A stretch of 64,000 bases of DNA from Candidatus Saccharimonadota bacterium (lineage in GTDB: Bacteria; Patescibacteriota; Saccharimonadia; UBA4664): NCBI GenBank assembly GCA_019352195.1, contig JACAFG010000001.1, forward strand, positions 2,485-66,484. Direction: 5' to 3'. Below, one piece after another: positions 19,582 to 30,011 of this stretch (position 1 is the first letter of the stretch; each line of letters begins with the position of its first letter). Made by a program: the position numbers and the translations under genes. Under the pieces are notes generated by a model, which saw only the letters and a list, made by a program, of their open reading frames with translations, made no database searches and was not told the origin of the DNA.

Positions 19582-20942
19582 TGTATACTACCGATCTCAT
19601 CCGCCGCTCGGGCCGCAGCCTCGCAAGCGCCAAAACTCGTACACTGTTAACGGCTATCGCCATCGCTGTCGGTACGTTTGCGCTCACACTAACGCTCGGC
19701 GCCAGCAACGGTGTTCAAAGCTATGTTAAAAAGATCATCGCTAATAACTTCGACCCCGCTGAACTTATCGTTACGGCCGATTCTGGCCTTATCAACAAAA
19801 CCGACACCACTAAGCCACAAGAATATGACAGCAGCTTTGGCAGCCTCACCACGGCCGCCGGCGCCACCGTTCAGGTTAAGAAACTCACTGACGCTGACTT
19901 GCTGCGCCTGAGTCAGCTTCCCGGTGTGCAGCGCGTCCGTCCAGCTGTCAGCGTAGCCCTGCAATACGTCACGCGACCCGGCATGCGTAAATACGTTGGC
20001 ACACTCACCGCCTACAGCTCGTCGCAAAAGCCCGACCTAGCCGCTGGCACCTTGGGCGATGATGTGCCCGCCGGCTCGATAATTTTGCCCGACGGCTTCC
20101 TGAGCTCACTTGGCTTTAGCTCGGCCCAAGCCGCCATTGGGCAAACGGTCACGATTGCCGTGCAGCCCGCCTTCGACCAAACCAGCTTGCAGTCGGCATT
20201 TGCCTCGGGTGGTACCGCGGCTTTATCGCAACTGGCGACGCCAGCAACTACCCTCCAGACGTACAAAATCGCGGCCGTTTCCAAAACCTCCACGTTTAGT
20301 CAGCCCGGAACATCACTTTATTTGTATGCCAGTCTCGCCGAGACCCAAAAGCTTAGCGATCTCACGACTAAGGGAACCTCCAGCTACCGTCGCTATCTCA
20401 CCGCCTTCGTAAAAGCAGCCGACGGTACCAACCCTAAAAAACTCGACGCTGTTCAGACCGAAGTTAAGGCACTTGGTTATGGTGCCCAAAGTGTCGCCGA
20501 CACTGAAGCCTTCCTCACGCAAATCATCACCATTTTGCAAGGAATTGTAGTGGCCTTTGGCATCATCGCTGTGGTGGCGTCCTTGTTTGGCATCATCAAC
20601 ACGATGTATATATCGGTACTCCAGCGCACCCGTGAGATTGGCCTCATGAAAGCTCTCGGTATGCGCAAACGCGACATTAACAGCTTGTTCCGTATGGAAG
20701 CTGCACTCATCGGCTTCTTGGGCGGTATCTTGGGCGCCGGCGCTGCCGTGCTGCTGGGACTCGTCTTAAACCCGTGGATTTCTAACAAACTCGGCCTCGG
20801 TGGCGACCCGCTGCTCATCTTTAACTATCTGCAAATCGCCCTCCTCGTAGCCGCGCTCATGATTGTCGCCACGCTGGCTGGTTTACTGCCTGCGCGCAAG
20901 GCGTCGCGTCTTAATCCTATCGACGCCTTGCGGACCGAATAA
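19581..20942 (+). CDS. ABC transporter permease, FtsX-like with a large extracytoplasmic domain
   Basis: TAATG overlap with the ATPase. A C-terminal FtsX-type four-TM block. The start is taken at the internal ATG of the longer ORF. Confidence 0.8.
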   Translation: MYTTDLIRRSGRSLASAKTRTLLTAIAIAVGTFALTLTLGASNGVQSYVKKIIANNFDPAELIVTADSGLINKTDTTKPQEYDSSFGSLTTAAGATVQVKKLTDADLLRLSQLPGVQRVRPAVSVALQYVTRPGMRKYVGTLTAYSSSQKPDLAAGTLGDDVPAGSIILPDGFLSSLGFSSAQAAIGQTVTIAVQPAFDQTSLQSAFASGGTAALSQLATPATTLQTYKIAAVSKTSTFSQPGTSLYLYASLAETQKLSDLTTKGTSSYRRYLTAFVKAADGTNPKKLDAVQTEVKALGYGAQSVADTEAFLTQIITILQGIVVAFGIIAVVASLFGIINTMYISVLQRTREIGLMKALGMRKRDINSLFRMEAALIGFLGGILGAGAAVLLGLVLNPWISNKLGLGGDPLLIFNYLQIALLVAALMIVATLAGLLPARKASRLNPIDALRTE

Positions 20943-20970
20943 CATCACGGGTATCTGATACACTAGCTCT

Positions 20971-21531
20971 ATGATTGGAACCCTCCGCGGCCTCATCGCC
21001 GAAAAACTCAGCGACACGCTCATTCTCGAAGTTGGTGGTGTCGGCTACGAGCTGCTCACCACCGTCGATGACTGGGGCGCGGCCCAAGTTGGCGCCGAAA
21101 CCAAATACTACGTGTACGAACAGGTGAAAGAAGATGCCTACAACCTGTTTGGCTTCTCCGAGCTATCATCCAAACTCCTTTTTGCCCAACTCCTCACCGT
21201 TCAGGGTGTTGGCCCCAAAGGCGCTATGAGCATTCTCTCGGCAGCGGGGGAGAATCGCCTGCGCCAGGCCATTGCTAGCGGCGACCCAGCGCTACTAAAA
21301 GGCATCTCGGGCGTTGGCCCCAAAACCGCTCAGCGCGTCATTCTTGACCTTCGTGGCAAGGTTGAAGAAGGCACCGCAGGATTAGCGCCGCTCGGCGACT
21401 CCACCTATCAGGCGCTGGTAGCGCTCGGCTACACGCCGGCTCAGGCATCAGCGGCCGTCGCCGCCATCCCCGACGACATTAAGGGCGACGCCGACCGGGT
21501 GAAGGCTGCCCTCAAAGGCATTGGCCGGTAA
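20971..21531 (+). CDS. ruvA: Holliday junction DNA helicase RuvA
   Basis: MIGTLRG...GVGYEL at the N-terminus and a helix-hairpin-helix (GVGPK) motif. Confidence 0.9.
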   Translation: MIGTLRGLIAEKLSDTLILEVGGVGYELLTTVDDWGAAQVGAETKYYVYEQVKEDAYNLFGFSELSSKLLFAQLLTVQGVGPKGAMSILSAAGENRLRQAIASGDPALLKGISGVGPKTAQRVILDLRGKVEEGTAGLAPLGDSTYQALVALGYTPAQASAAVAAIPDDIKGDADRVKAALKGIGR

Positions 21532-21605
21532 CTTCGAACGCTGTTATGCCAAACGCGTAAGGCAATTTTCGTTCGCCTCGCGTTCGCCCTTATATCTGGT
21601 ACAAT

Positions 21606-22631
21606 GTGGTTATGATTGAGCGGATCGTAAATCCCGAACCCGCCAGCGAGCCGGATATTGTAGAGGAGCAAACCCTCGAAACCCTGCGCCCGCGCAGTTT
21701 TGATACCTATACCGGCCAAGAGCTGCTGAAGCAAAACCTCAAGCTGGCCATTGAGGCCGCCAAACACCGCGAAGAGCCAGTGGATCACGTACTGTTGTAC
21801 GGGCCGCCCGGCCTTGGCAAAACCACGATGGCAGGCGTTATTGCCGCCGAAGTGGGCGCCAACATCCGCATTACCTCAGGACCTGCCATTGAGCGCGCAG
21901 GTGATTTAGCCAGTCTCCTCACCAACCTCGGCGATGGCGATATTTTGTTTATCGACGAAATTCACCGCCTGCCCAAAACGGTTGAAGAAGTGCTTTACCC
22001 GGCCATGGAAGATTTTGTACTCGACGTAATGCTCGGAAAAGGGCCGTCGGCCAAAAGCATTCGCCTCGACCTGCCCAAATTCACGATCATCGGCGCTACC
22101 ACGCGCGCTGGTGCTTTGGGGGCTCCGCTACGCGACCGTTTTGGCCACGTGCACCGCCTTGAGTTTTATACACCTGACGAAATGATTACTATTATTGAAC
22201 GTTCGGCTGGTATTTTGGACATTGCGATCGACCGCGATGCCGCTACCGAAATTGCTACTCGCTCACGCCTAACCCCGCGCATTGCCAATCGTATGCTCAA
22301 GCGCGTGCGGGATTATGCCACTGTTAAACAAGTCGACGGTATCACCCGCAAAGAGGCTCGCGAAGCGCTTCATTTGCTCGAAGTCGACGAGCTTGGTCTG
22401 GACTCGTCCGACCGCCGGCTTCTTACCATGATTATTGAGCATTACAACGGCGGCCCGGTCGGCCTTACAACTATGGCGGCAGCGTTGGCCGAAGAGACCT
22501 CCACGATTGAAGACGTCTACGAGCCGTTTCTGATGCAAATTGGCATGCTCGAGCGTACTTCGCGGGGGCGCCGCGCCACCAGCAAGGCCTATGCTCACCT
22601 GGGTCTGACCCCTCCAGAAATTAAGTCCTAA
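21606..22631 (+). CDS. ruvB: Holliday junction DNA helicase RuvB
   Basis: [12 protein letters not shown] Walker A and DEIHRL. GTG at 21606 or ATG at 21612. Confidence 0.9.
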   Translation: MVMIERIVNPEPASEPDIVEEQTLETLRPRSFDTYTGQELLKQNLKLAIEAAKHREEPVDHVLLYGPPGLGKTTMAGVIAAEVGANIRITSGPAIERAGDLASLLTNLGDGDILFIDEIHRLPKTVEEVLYPAMEDFVLDVMLGKGPSAKSIRLDLPKFTIIGATTRAGALGAPLRDRFGHVHRLEFYTPDEMITIIERSAGILDIAIDRDAATEIATRSRLTPRIANRMLKRVRDYATVKQVDGITRKEAREALHLLEVDELGLDSSDRRLLTMIIEHYNGGPVGLTTMAAALAEETSTIEDVYEPFLMQIGMLERTSRGRRATSKAYAHLGLTPPEIKS

Positions 22632-22642
22632 CAAACAAGCAG

Positions 22643-22670
22643 CCCGCACAAGCGGGTTGCTTGTGCGGGC
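22643..22670. terminator. GC-rich hairpin between convergent genes
   Basis: gcccgcacaagc-gggtt-gcttgtgcgggc. Confidence 0.5.
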
Positions 22671-22686
22671 CAAAGGGGTCCGCGGT

Positions 22687-23328
22687 CTACGAGTGCACGC
22701 CGGGCAGACTCGATTTCAGGTTGACGTGATAGCCGGCACCCAGTAGCCCGCGCCAGACGTTGGCGACTTCGTTCGGGTCCTTGCCATAGAGATCGACGTT
22801 CTCGACGGGGTGAGCACTGTCGCGTCCCGCCAGCATCAAAACGAGGTAGAGTGGTTGATTGCTGGCATCGAGGTGGACCGTCGTGATGGGATCCTCGAAC
22901 AAGCCAACCACTTCACTGGCAAAGTCAGCCCACTTGTTCATGCGAGCTTGGCGAGCGGCGTCTGACGAAGACTGATCCACTGCCACGAGTACCTGAGTAG
23001 CTGGTGCTTCCTCGTTGGCGACTAATTGGTCGTCAACCACCACCTGCTTTTCGGCCGAGGGTGCGGCGGAAACCGCCTTGGCAGGTAGATCATCCGACAC
23101 GTCAGACGTAGCGTCTGCCGGCGGAGCAGCCTTGTAGGCTGACGTGGGCGGCTTCTTCGGCTTGGTTTTGCTACTCGACGGCCGGTCGGTCCGGCTACTC
23201 GCCCGAGCTGCCAGCGAGTCGGTCAGGTGGCCCGGCAGTGGTACCAACGCGAGCGGCCTCGCGTTGGCCGGAGGCAGCGGTGAGCCAGGCTTGGGGACAA
23301 CAAAACCGTCTTTGACGGCGGCACTCAT
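22687..23328 (-). CDS. hypothetical protein with a Pro/Ala/Ser-rich disordered N-terminal half; high GC
   Basis: A 213 aa ORF with GC above the flanks. No recognised domain. Confidence 0.45.
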   Translation of the reverse strand: MSAAVKDGFVVPKPGSPLPPANARPLALVPLPGHLTDSLAARASSRTDRPSSSKTKPKKPPTSAYKAAPPADATSDVSDDLPAKAVSAAPSAEKQVVVDDQLVANEEAPATQVLVAVDQSSSDAARQARMNKWADFASEVVGLFEDPITTVHLDASNQPLYLVLMLAGRDSAHPVENVDLYGKDPNEVANVWRGLLGAGYHVNLKSSLPGVHS

Positions 23329-23502
23329 TTCAAATCCAAATGCAGATGCAGATGCGACAGGAGCCGCGTTGAGATATTACACATCAGGGTACTCCTTAAC
23401 TCAGAAACTCCTCGAAAAATCGGTGAATACTGCGTTTGGTAGAAATAATATAGCACAAATACGCCCAACAAGCAAACAAAATGTCAATTATGTCAAACTA
23501 GA

Positions 23503-23528
23503 ATAAGAGCTCGGATGAGCTCTTATTC
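23503..23528 (-). terminator. hairpin downstream of the 23547..23912 gene
   Basis: aagagctc-ggat-gagctctt followed by attc. Confidence 0.45.
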
Positions 23529-23546
23529 GTGAGGCTAGCGAAAGGA

Positions 23547-23912
23547 CTAAACGGCTGGTGCTACGGGAGGTGTATTGCTAGGCACACCGGCGCATGGACC
23601 TTGATAGATTGCTGGTCCAAATCCGAGGATGAGCGAACCAATGTAAGGGAAAATAATGAGCCCAAACACGCCAAAGACGGCACTTTTGCCAAACGATTTC
23701 GCGAGATCCAAGGCCAAAATAATAAAGAGCACGAGGTTAACAAAGGGGATAAACAGCAGAATCAACAGCGACCATGCAGGTCGTCCTACGATTTCGAGCA
23801 AAATGTAGGTGTTGTAGATAGGGATGATGGCAGCCCAACCCGGATTACCAGCCTTCGTGAAGATTTTCCACAAGCCGACGATTGCAATAATGCCAACGAT
23901 GAAGAAGGCCAA
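23547..23912 (-). CDS. conserved small membrane protein (DUF-type: KAGxPGWAAIIPIYN...)
   Basis: A 121 aa, three-TM product with a family-like N-terminal pattern. Confidence 0.5.
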   Translation of the reverse strand: MAFFIVGIIAIVGLWKIFTKAGNPGWAAIIPIYNTYILLEIVGRPAWSLLILLFIPFVNLVLFIILALDLAKSFGKSAVFGVFGLIIFPYIGSLILGFGPAIYQGPCAGVPSNTPPVAPAV

Positions 23913-24054
23913 CCATATGGCGAGTACAACGCCGCTGTTGACGCTAGTTGTTGAGGTAGTAGCGGTTTACACGACCGAGAGTAGCGCCGACATTTGAAGC
24001 CTCATAAATGCTGGTGTTTACCTTAGAATAATCTGAATTTATGGCCAAGTAAAG

Positions 24055-24348
24055 CTAATTATTGCCAAATGGGTCGCTCTTACCCAGGGTGGTGGGAGCA
24101 ACCGTATCTGGAACAGCCGTCAGGGATTTTAGGCTATCAAGCGTAGCTTTATCAAAACTAATTCCGATAGCGGTGTCTGGTACATCAACCGGCTGAACAT
24201 TGAGTGCGGCATTAACCACGTAGGCCGTATAACCAAACGCGCCAATGAGAGCAAGGCCCACAATGAGCGGTTGCAAACGCCGTAGCCATTTCGTCACCAA
24301 TTTAGGATCGATTTTGGCCAAGCTCTTGAGATCGAGGTTCATATTCAT
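24055..24348 (-). CDS. small TM protein at the tail of the pilus operon
   Basis: A 97 aa product with a single TM. The start overlaps the upstream gene's stop. Confidence 0.45.
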   Translation of the reverse strand: MNMNLDLKSLAKIDPKLVTKWLRRLQPLIVGLALIGAFGYTAYVVNAALNVQPVDVPDTAIGISFDKATLDSLKSLTAVPDTVAPTTLGKSDPFGNN

Positions 24349-24350
24349 GG

Positions 24351-24905
24351 TTATGGCTTCACGTAAGCATTTAATGTTATCGAATAATCGATTGCCTTAG
24401 TTTTATCTGGACGGCTAACAGTCAGGCTAGTAACGCTCGTAAAACGGTTGAGCGTCTCAATCTTACTCAAAAATGACTGCAGCTGCTGGAAACTGCCGGC
24501 GACATCAAAACTCACCGGCAGAGCCAATACGGCACCCAACTGGGTGGTTTGGGACGTGCCGCTTGGGAGTCCCCCAGAGCTCGGGAAGGTGGCGCTACCT
24601 AAAACGAGCCCGCATGACGCCGCAATGCTTTGCAACTGCACTAACAGTGCCGTTTGATCCTTGGTGTGCGGCAGCGCCGTATCCATGAGCGGCAGTTCTG
24701 GCACAACCTCTTTGGCATACTGAACTTTTAGTCGGGTGAGGCCATCAATTTGATCCTGATCCGCCACTTGTTGTCCTAGCGAGGTAGCAAGGGTTAGCTT
24801 GGCCGTGCCGAGGCGGTGCAATGCGTAGACATAGCCGTAACCACTAGCAGCCAGCGTAACAGCGGTGACGCCTAAAATGCCAAAAAAGAATTGCTTTGGC
24901 GTCAC
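24351..24905 (-). CDS. pilO: type IV pilus assembly protein PilO-like
   Basis: One TM plus a periplasmic domain. ATGA-coupled to the PilN gene. Confidence 0.6.
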   Translation of the reverse strand: MTPKQFFFGILGVTAVTLAASGYGYVYALHRLGTAKLTLATSLGQQVADQDQIDGLTRLKVQYAKEVVPELPLMDTALPHTKDQTALLVQLQSIAASCGLVLGSATFPSSGGLPSGTSQTTQLGAVLALPVSFDVAGSFQQLQSFLSKIETLNRFTSVTSLTVSRPDKTKAIDYSITLNAYVKP

Positions 24906-25441
24906 TTGGCTTCTCCCGGGTTGAAGCCCAAGACGACGTTTGCCTGATATCCGGTGCTCGTAGAAGTAATGGATTGCAAATCAGCACCCGATATACGCGG
25001 AGAGGTAACAATAGCATCGTGGAAGGCCAAAATTTCGTTGTACGTCGAGCCGTTAATACTCACAACCACGGGCTTACTCGAATCGCCCGTAAGAGCAATA
25101 CCGGTAAGAGAAATACCTTTGGGAAGCACGGCGGCCAGATCGTAAAGCAGCTGCGAAAAACGCGTTTGACCGCCTTCAATCGTTTTAATGGCGTTGACGC
25201 GCGCCGCCGCGTTGGCTGCCGTCAGCTTGTCATTGCTAAAGCCGGCAATCGTTTGCTGCTTGCTTGTGAGGTCAGTTGTCACCGATACCACCTGGCGGTC
25301 GAGATACATAATGGCCGTCGCAAAAATGGCTGCGATAATTACTACTACTACCACTACCAGCTGCAAGTACCGCAGGGCAGATCGGTTGTATTTGGCGTAG
25401 CGCAACTGCTCCTTGGCAGTTGGCGGCATCAGGTTAATCAT
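24902..25441 (-). CDS. pilN: type IV pilus assembly protein PilN
   Basis: MINLMP N-terminus (PilN MINLLP signature) and a single TM. Confidence 0.7.
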   Translation of the reverse strand: MINLMPPTAKEQLRYAKYNRSALRYLQLVVVVVVIIAAIFATAIMYLDRQVVSVTTDLTSKQQTIAGFSNDKLTAANAAARVNAIKTIEGGQTRFSQLLYDLAAVLPKGISLTGIALTGDSSKPVVVSINGSTYNEILAFHDAIVTSPRISGADLQSITSTSTGYQANVVLGFNPGEAK

Positions 25442-26490
25442 ATCTTACCCTCAAGACGTGCAAGTCCCAGTGCGGTGGTATACATTGGCGCCTCAATCTT
25501 TGAGACGTCCTGAATATGGATCAACTCGAGGCCTGCCCATGGATCCGATACGGTTACCGGCAACTCGAGTTCACGCGCCAAGTATTCCACGAGACCTGGC
25601 ATGCTAGCGCTACCTCCGGTGAGAATAATGTTTTCAACTGCGCGCTTATCATGACCGCGGTCCTGATAAAACTTGATGACGCGCCGAATTTCGGCGGTAA
25701 TGCTCGAGAGGGGCTTGCGCAGCGCGGCCTCAATTTTGGGTAATAAGTTTGACTCGCCCAAGCCAAAACGGGCTTTTATTTCGTTAGCTTGTTCGCGGGT
25801 TATACCCAGGACGCTCACGAGCTCCAGGGTGAGGTTATCGCCTCCCAGAGCGACAGTGTCGGTGAGGCGAATAACTTTGTCCCAAATGGTTAAATCAATT
25901 GAGCCGGCGCCAATATCGACCACTAAGGTAACGTGCTCAAGAGTTTGCGCTGCTAATACGGCTCGGGTAACGGCCGCAAGGCTTGATTCGATAAAAATTA
26001 CTTCTAGATTCATCAGTTCAAACAGTTTGAGATAACTATCAACAATCGCGCGGGGTGCTGCTACCATGAGCACTTGTGAGGTTTCGCCAACCGTATCAAT
26101 AATTTCATAATCCACGTACAGGTCGGGGAGGGGAACGGGTACATATTGCTCTGCCTCAAGGCGAACTGCGGCCCCCAAGTCAGCTACGGCCATTTGCGGC
26201 AGTTCCAGCACTCGCGTGAAGACTTTTGCTACTGGTAACGATGCTGCCACGCGAGTAGCAGTGATTTTGCCAAAACTCATTTGTTTCATGAGCGGTGCCA
26301 GTGCATCGGCAATTTCCTGCGGATCAACGATAATTCCTTCCACGATAGCCTCGCCCGGGAAGTTGGCATAGCCGTAACCAACCACCTGCATGGATTTACC
26401 ATTTGGACGCAGCTGGATCATCTTGGCGGTTCGTGTGCCCAAGTCAAAGCCAAAGATCGGCTGGTTGTGATAAATCAGCGGAACTTTCAC
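25438..26490 (-). CDS. pilM: type IV pilus assembly protein PilM (actin-like ATPase fold)
   Basis: FGFDLGTRTAKMIQL N-terminus and length 350 aa. Coupled to pilN. Confidence 0.8.
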   Translation of the reverse strand: MKVPLIYHNQPIFGFDLGTRTAKMIQLRPNGKSMQVVGYGYANFPGEAIVEGIIVDPQEIADALAPLMKQMSFGKITATRVAASLPVAKVFTRVLELPQMAVADLGAAVRLEAEQYVPVPLPDLYVDYEIIDTVGETSQVLMVAAPRAIVDSYLKLFELMNLEVIFIESSLAAVTRAVLAAQTLEHVTLVVDIGAGSIDLTIWDKVIRLTDTVALGGDNLTLELVSVLGITREQANEIKARFGLGESNLLPKIEAALRKPLSSITAEIRRVIKFYQDRGHDKRAVENIILTGGSASMPGLVEYLARELELPVTVSDPWAGLELIHIQDVSKIEAPMYTTALGLARLEGKI

Positions 26491-26590
26491 GCGTACCTCT
26501 CACCTAGGATTAGCATAACCATTTCCATAATTGTATCATCATTCGCAGTCTTTAGGCACACGACTTGCGCACTCCTTTGCCAAGAATATG

Positions 26591-27982
26591 CTACGGACTA
26601 AACAGCTGTTCCCGCCACGTCAACACAGAGTAATTACCTGTCGTCGGAAAGCCAGGTGGCGGCGCGTAAATGAGGTGTGAATCAAAGTTGTAAGCAGTTG
26701 TGGGAAAGCCGGAACAAAACGATCCACAGCCAGGGACCTTAAATCCGTAATCATTGGCGTTTTGACCCAGTGACCCATAGAGCGTAAAGCTCGACTTAAG
26801 GCCGCCGTTGGCCGTGTCATAGCCTACCGACCCATATTGCGCCAGCATGCCCGCGTCAACCTCCATTACATTAGGTACATATCGCGGGATAAACACATCT
26901 TGCTGCGCCACGAGGCCAATAGCCGCACTGCCGTCCTTAGCGGCGTAGGTCAGGTTACCGATGATATTGATACTGCGGCGCGTCGCGGGCGAATCGGGCA
27001 ACTTGGCCGCCACAATCGTAATACGGCCAGGCCAGCTGGTACCGCTTAGCCATACTTCTTCGGTTGAGAACAAAATACCATTGGTAGGTGCAGCCTGGTT
27101 ACGAATAAAGGTTTTGGTAATACCCGATGAGCTCTGGTTAGTAACTTTATAGACATCGATCGTGCCGTCGGAGCGTAGATTGAGATAGAATCCAATTCCG
27201 CGCGAGTTGTTCAAATACACGCCGCTGCTGGTCTGCGCCTGCGTCTGCAGCGAGGCCAAATTGGCGGTAACCGCGGTGAAGTCGATGGAAGGAACGGGGA
27301 ACTGCCACTGGCTCTTGGGACCTCCGGCGCCCCACACGTCTGGCTTCGAGGTGCCAGTTGAGCCGGCAATATACGATGTCTTAGCGCCCATAACCGGTCC
27401 GTTATTTACGCCATCAAACTGGACGCCAATATTGGAGAAGACCGGACCGGTGGTGGTAGCGGTCGGCGAAAAATTGAGCTCCGAGTTGGATAAGAAGATG
27501 TAGTTAGAAAACGATGGCTGGCCGAGCTGAGCCAAAATCGTGCGTCCGCCGGTTAGATTTGGCACCTGACCCACCGAACGTACCGTAGTAACCGTGGAGC
27601 CGTTAACTGGCGGGGTAATGTAGAGGGTGTAAGTACCCTGTAGGACATTGTTATTGTCGTAATACGAGTGGACATACGGGCCATAGGGGCTAGTGGGCGG
27701 CGTAGGCGTGTGGCCATCGGTATAGTCACTAGGGTTATGCGACAGGTGCCACAGGTAGTAATTGATGCCAGCCTCGGCGACGTCTAAGGCGCGGTCCTGA
27801 CGAACGTTAAACTGCGTGAAGCGCTCGTTATTGAGCAGCACCTGAGCCGCCGAAGCTCCCAGCGCCGATAAGATTACCGCTGCCACCAACACCGTCAGTA
27901 AAATGTAGCCGCCGTCACGCACGCCGCTCTTGGTAATTCGGCTGAAAGTCCTCGCAAGTTGTAATCGTCGTAGGTTCATCAT
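26591..27982 (-). CDS. large pilus-associated protein with a PilX_N-like N-terminus
   Basis: GGYILLTVLVAAVILSALGASAAQVLLNNERF matches the PilX N-terminal pattern. 463 aa. Confidence 0.55.
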   Translation of the reverse strand: MMNLRRLQLARTFSRITKSGVRDGGYILLTVLVAAVILSALGASAAQVLLNNERFTQFNVRQDRALDVAEAGINYYLWHLSHNPSDYTDGHTPTPPTSPYGPYVHSYYDNNNVLQGTYTLYITPPVNGSTVTTVRSVGQVPNLTGGRTILAQLGQPSFSNYIFLSNSELNFSPTATTTGPVFSNIGVQFDGVNNGPVMGAKTSYIAGSTGTSKPDVWGAGGPKSQWQFPVPSIDFTAVTANLASLQTQAQTSSGVYLNNSRGIGFYLNLRSDGTIDVYKVTNQSSSGITKTFIRNQAAPTNGILFSTEEVWLSGTSWPGRITIVAAKLPDSPATRRSINIIGNLTYAAKDGSAAIGLVAQQDVFIPRYVPNVMEVDAGMLAQYGSVGYDTANGGLKSSFTLYGSLGQNANDYGFKVPGCGSFCSGFPTTAYNFDSHLIYAPPPGFPTTGNYSVLTWREQLFSP

Positions 27983-28590
27983 AAGTTCGTCTTTAAATTA
28001 CGCAGCGTTACCTTTGTCGAAATTGATATCGGCACCGGTACCTGTTTGGCATTGGGGTTGGCGGCCACGTACAAGCCAACTTCTTTAACCTGCGACGGCA
28101 AAAAGCTGCCGGTTAGCAAGTTATCGGCGTCATCGTAGTAAGTAAACAGTGACGCAGTTCCCATCGCGAGGTCGATACGGGTGGTATAAAACTTTTCGTT
28201 GGCGGGCAAATAGGTATAACTTGGGGCAGTGCCAGTAGGCGGCGTCACGCCAATATTGAGGTTCGTTCCGTTAACAAAGTAGCGCACTTTATCGATAACC
28301 GTGTCTTGAGGTGAAAAATACGCGTAGACAATCAGAGTATCGGGGCTGGCCGTATCCAAACTGGTAGCACCGCGCACAACTTTGGTCACTCGGTCCGATA
28401 ACGTTTGCAATTCGAGGGCGGTATCAGACTGAGCTTGAATAAAGTTGTAACTACTGAGTCCTTTGATGAGAAATGTGCTGAGCGGCAGCGCAATGAGGCC
28501 CGTGATCACAATCACGATCAGGAGCTCAAGCAGCGAGTAACCAGACTCACTCACAACGTGCCGGTTGGTGGCCCATCTAAGGAGTGACAC
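27979..28590 (-). CDS. prepilin-type N-terminal cleavage/methylation domain protein (minor pilin)
   Basis: G|YSLLELLIVIVITGL. The proposed GTG start at 28590 has a GGAGGG RBS inside the upstream gene's 3' end. The ORF extends to 28698. Confidence 0.6.
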   Translation of the reverse strand: MSLLRWATNRHVVSESGYSLLELLIVIVITGLIALPLSTFLIKGLSSYNFIQAQSDTALELQTLSDRVTKVVRGATSLDTASPDTLIVYAYFSPQDTVIDKVRYFVNGTNLNIGVTPPTGTAPSYTYLPANEKFYTTRIDLAMGTASLFTYYDDADNLLTGSFLPSQVKEVGLYVAANPNAKQVPVPISISTKVTLRNLKTNL

Positions 28591-29935
28591 TAAACCCTCC
28601 TGTCTGCGTGACGGTATTGCCATTGCTGGTGACCACCACATCCCAGCTCCCGGTGGGTGCGCCGGTAAAGTTAAACGTTCCAGACAACGATGTGTCACCG
28701 CCTCCGCTCGTAATGCCGGTAGCGTTAATATCGGGTTGTCCAGCTGATTTAAGCGTAATCGTGCTACTTGAAGACAGGTGCGTGCCCGTAATTGTCATAA
28801 CCATGGCGTTGTTGCCGGTCGACGATGCGTTGGGACTCACATTAGTGATGGTGGGGTAGTTGGAGTTGGTCGTAACTACCAGGTTTACCGCACTCGTCGT
28901 ACCTGGCGCCAATATAAGCGGCGCGTACGGCTGAGCCGACACCAGGTAGTATCCAGATGCTACCGCAAATGAGTAACTGTCCCATTCCAGACCCGTTAGA
29001 TTGATATTGCCAGTGCCATCGGTGGTATTGGCTATTGAGTATTTACTCACCGAGGGGTTTTGGTAAATTGTTTTCGCTCCACTCGTGGTAACTTTGAGCG
29101 CGCTCACCGGGTTACCGTTGGTATCTTCCACGTGCAGGCTTAAGTTTGACGTGTGGTCAATCGACAGCGTAATCGCCGTTACCTGCTGAACAAGCACATT
29201 CGGATTTACGATAGTGGCGGTTTGGGGACCTGCTGGGTCAGCGGTACTCCCAGAGGTTGAGTAGCCCGGCAGCGACGCGGTCACCACGTATCTATTGCTA
29301 GAATCCAGCGGCAAGTCGGGCACAGTGACAAAACCAAGATTGTCGGTGGTAGTAGCAATATTAACGTCCGGGTTAGGGTTAGGGTTGAATATTGTCACGT
29401 TGGCCTGCGGGACGGGGTTACCATTGGAATCGATCACCTTAATGGACAACACTCCCGTGTTGCTTGATGTTTCCGACGCCTTGGCTGCCAGATCAGTAGT
29501 TAGTTGCGCCACCAACTGCCCGCTCGTTTTGAGATACACGCTGATTTCGGCGCGTTTGTAGTCTCCGGGGTTTTTATCAACCGGCTTACCCGGAATAGTT
29601 CCGGCCGCGTTCCCGTCATAGGGGTCATCTACGTACTTAATGCTGGTGTTCACGGTAAAGGTATATCCGCCGCGAACCAGAATCTGGTTGTCGGGCAGAA
29701 TTCCCGGCGGGTAAATTTCGCCGAACTGGGTAGCTAGACTTTGGTAAGGCAAATCGCGCAGGTTTTCTATTTGTTCCTGGGCCAAGGCCAGACCAATCGC
29801 GCGGGCTTTACCGACCGTTACCACGTGCAAGTTATCGATAAACAGCTGAGAAATAGCCGTTACCATAATCGTCATCACCACCAAGCCCACTATGGTCTCG
29901 ATGAGCGTAAAACCGGCCTCACCTCGTCGCGTCAT
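28577..29935 (-). CDS. large prepilin-type protein (minor pilin/adhesin-like, 452 aa)
   Basis: MTRRGEAGFTLIETIVGLVVM classic class III signal plus a long Thr/Ser/Asn-rich beta-rich C-terminal domain. Confidence 0.8.
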   Translation of the reverse strand: MTRRGEAGFTLIETIVGLVVMTIMVTAISQLFIDNLHVVTVGKARAIGLALAQEQIENLRDLPYQSLATQFGEIYPPGILPDNQILVRGGYTFTVNTSIKYVDDPYDGNAAGTIPGKPVDKNPGDYKRAEISVYLKTSGQLVAQLTTDLAAKASETSSNTGVLSIKVIDSNGNPVPQANVTIFNPNPNPDVNIATTTDNLGFVTVPDLPLDSSNRYVVTASLPGYSTSGSTADPAGPQTATIVNPNVLVQQVTAITLSIDHTSNLSLHVEDTNGNPVSALKVTTSGAKTIYQNPSVSKYSIANTTDGTGNINLTGLEWDSYSFAVASGYYLVSAQPYAPLILAPGTTSAVNLVVTTNSNYPTITNVSPNASSTGNNAMVMTITGTHLSSSSTITLKSAGQPDINATGITSGGGDTSLSGTFNFTGAPTGSWDVVVTSNGNTVTQTGGFSVTP

Positions 29936-29962
29936 GTCCGCATTATAACGCTTAAGCTCACC

Positions 29963-29990
29963 AAAAACGACCCCGAAGGGTCGTTTTTGG
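29963..29990. terminator. bidirectional hairpin between pilA and the minor-pilin genes
   Basis: aaaaacgacccc-gaa-ggggtcgttttt. Confidence 0.6.
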
Positions 29991-30011
29991 TCCGGTCAGG
30001 ATAACGACTTA

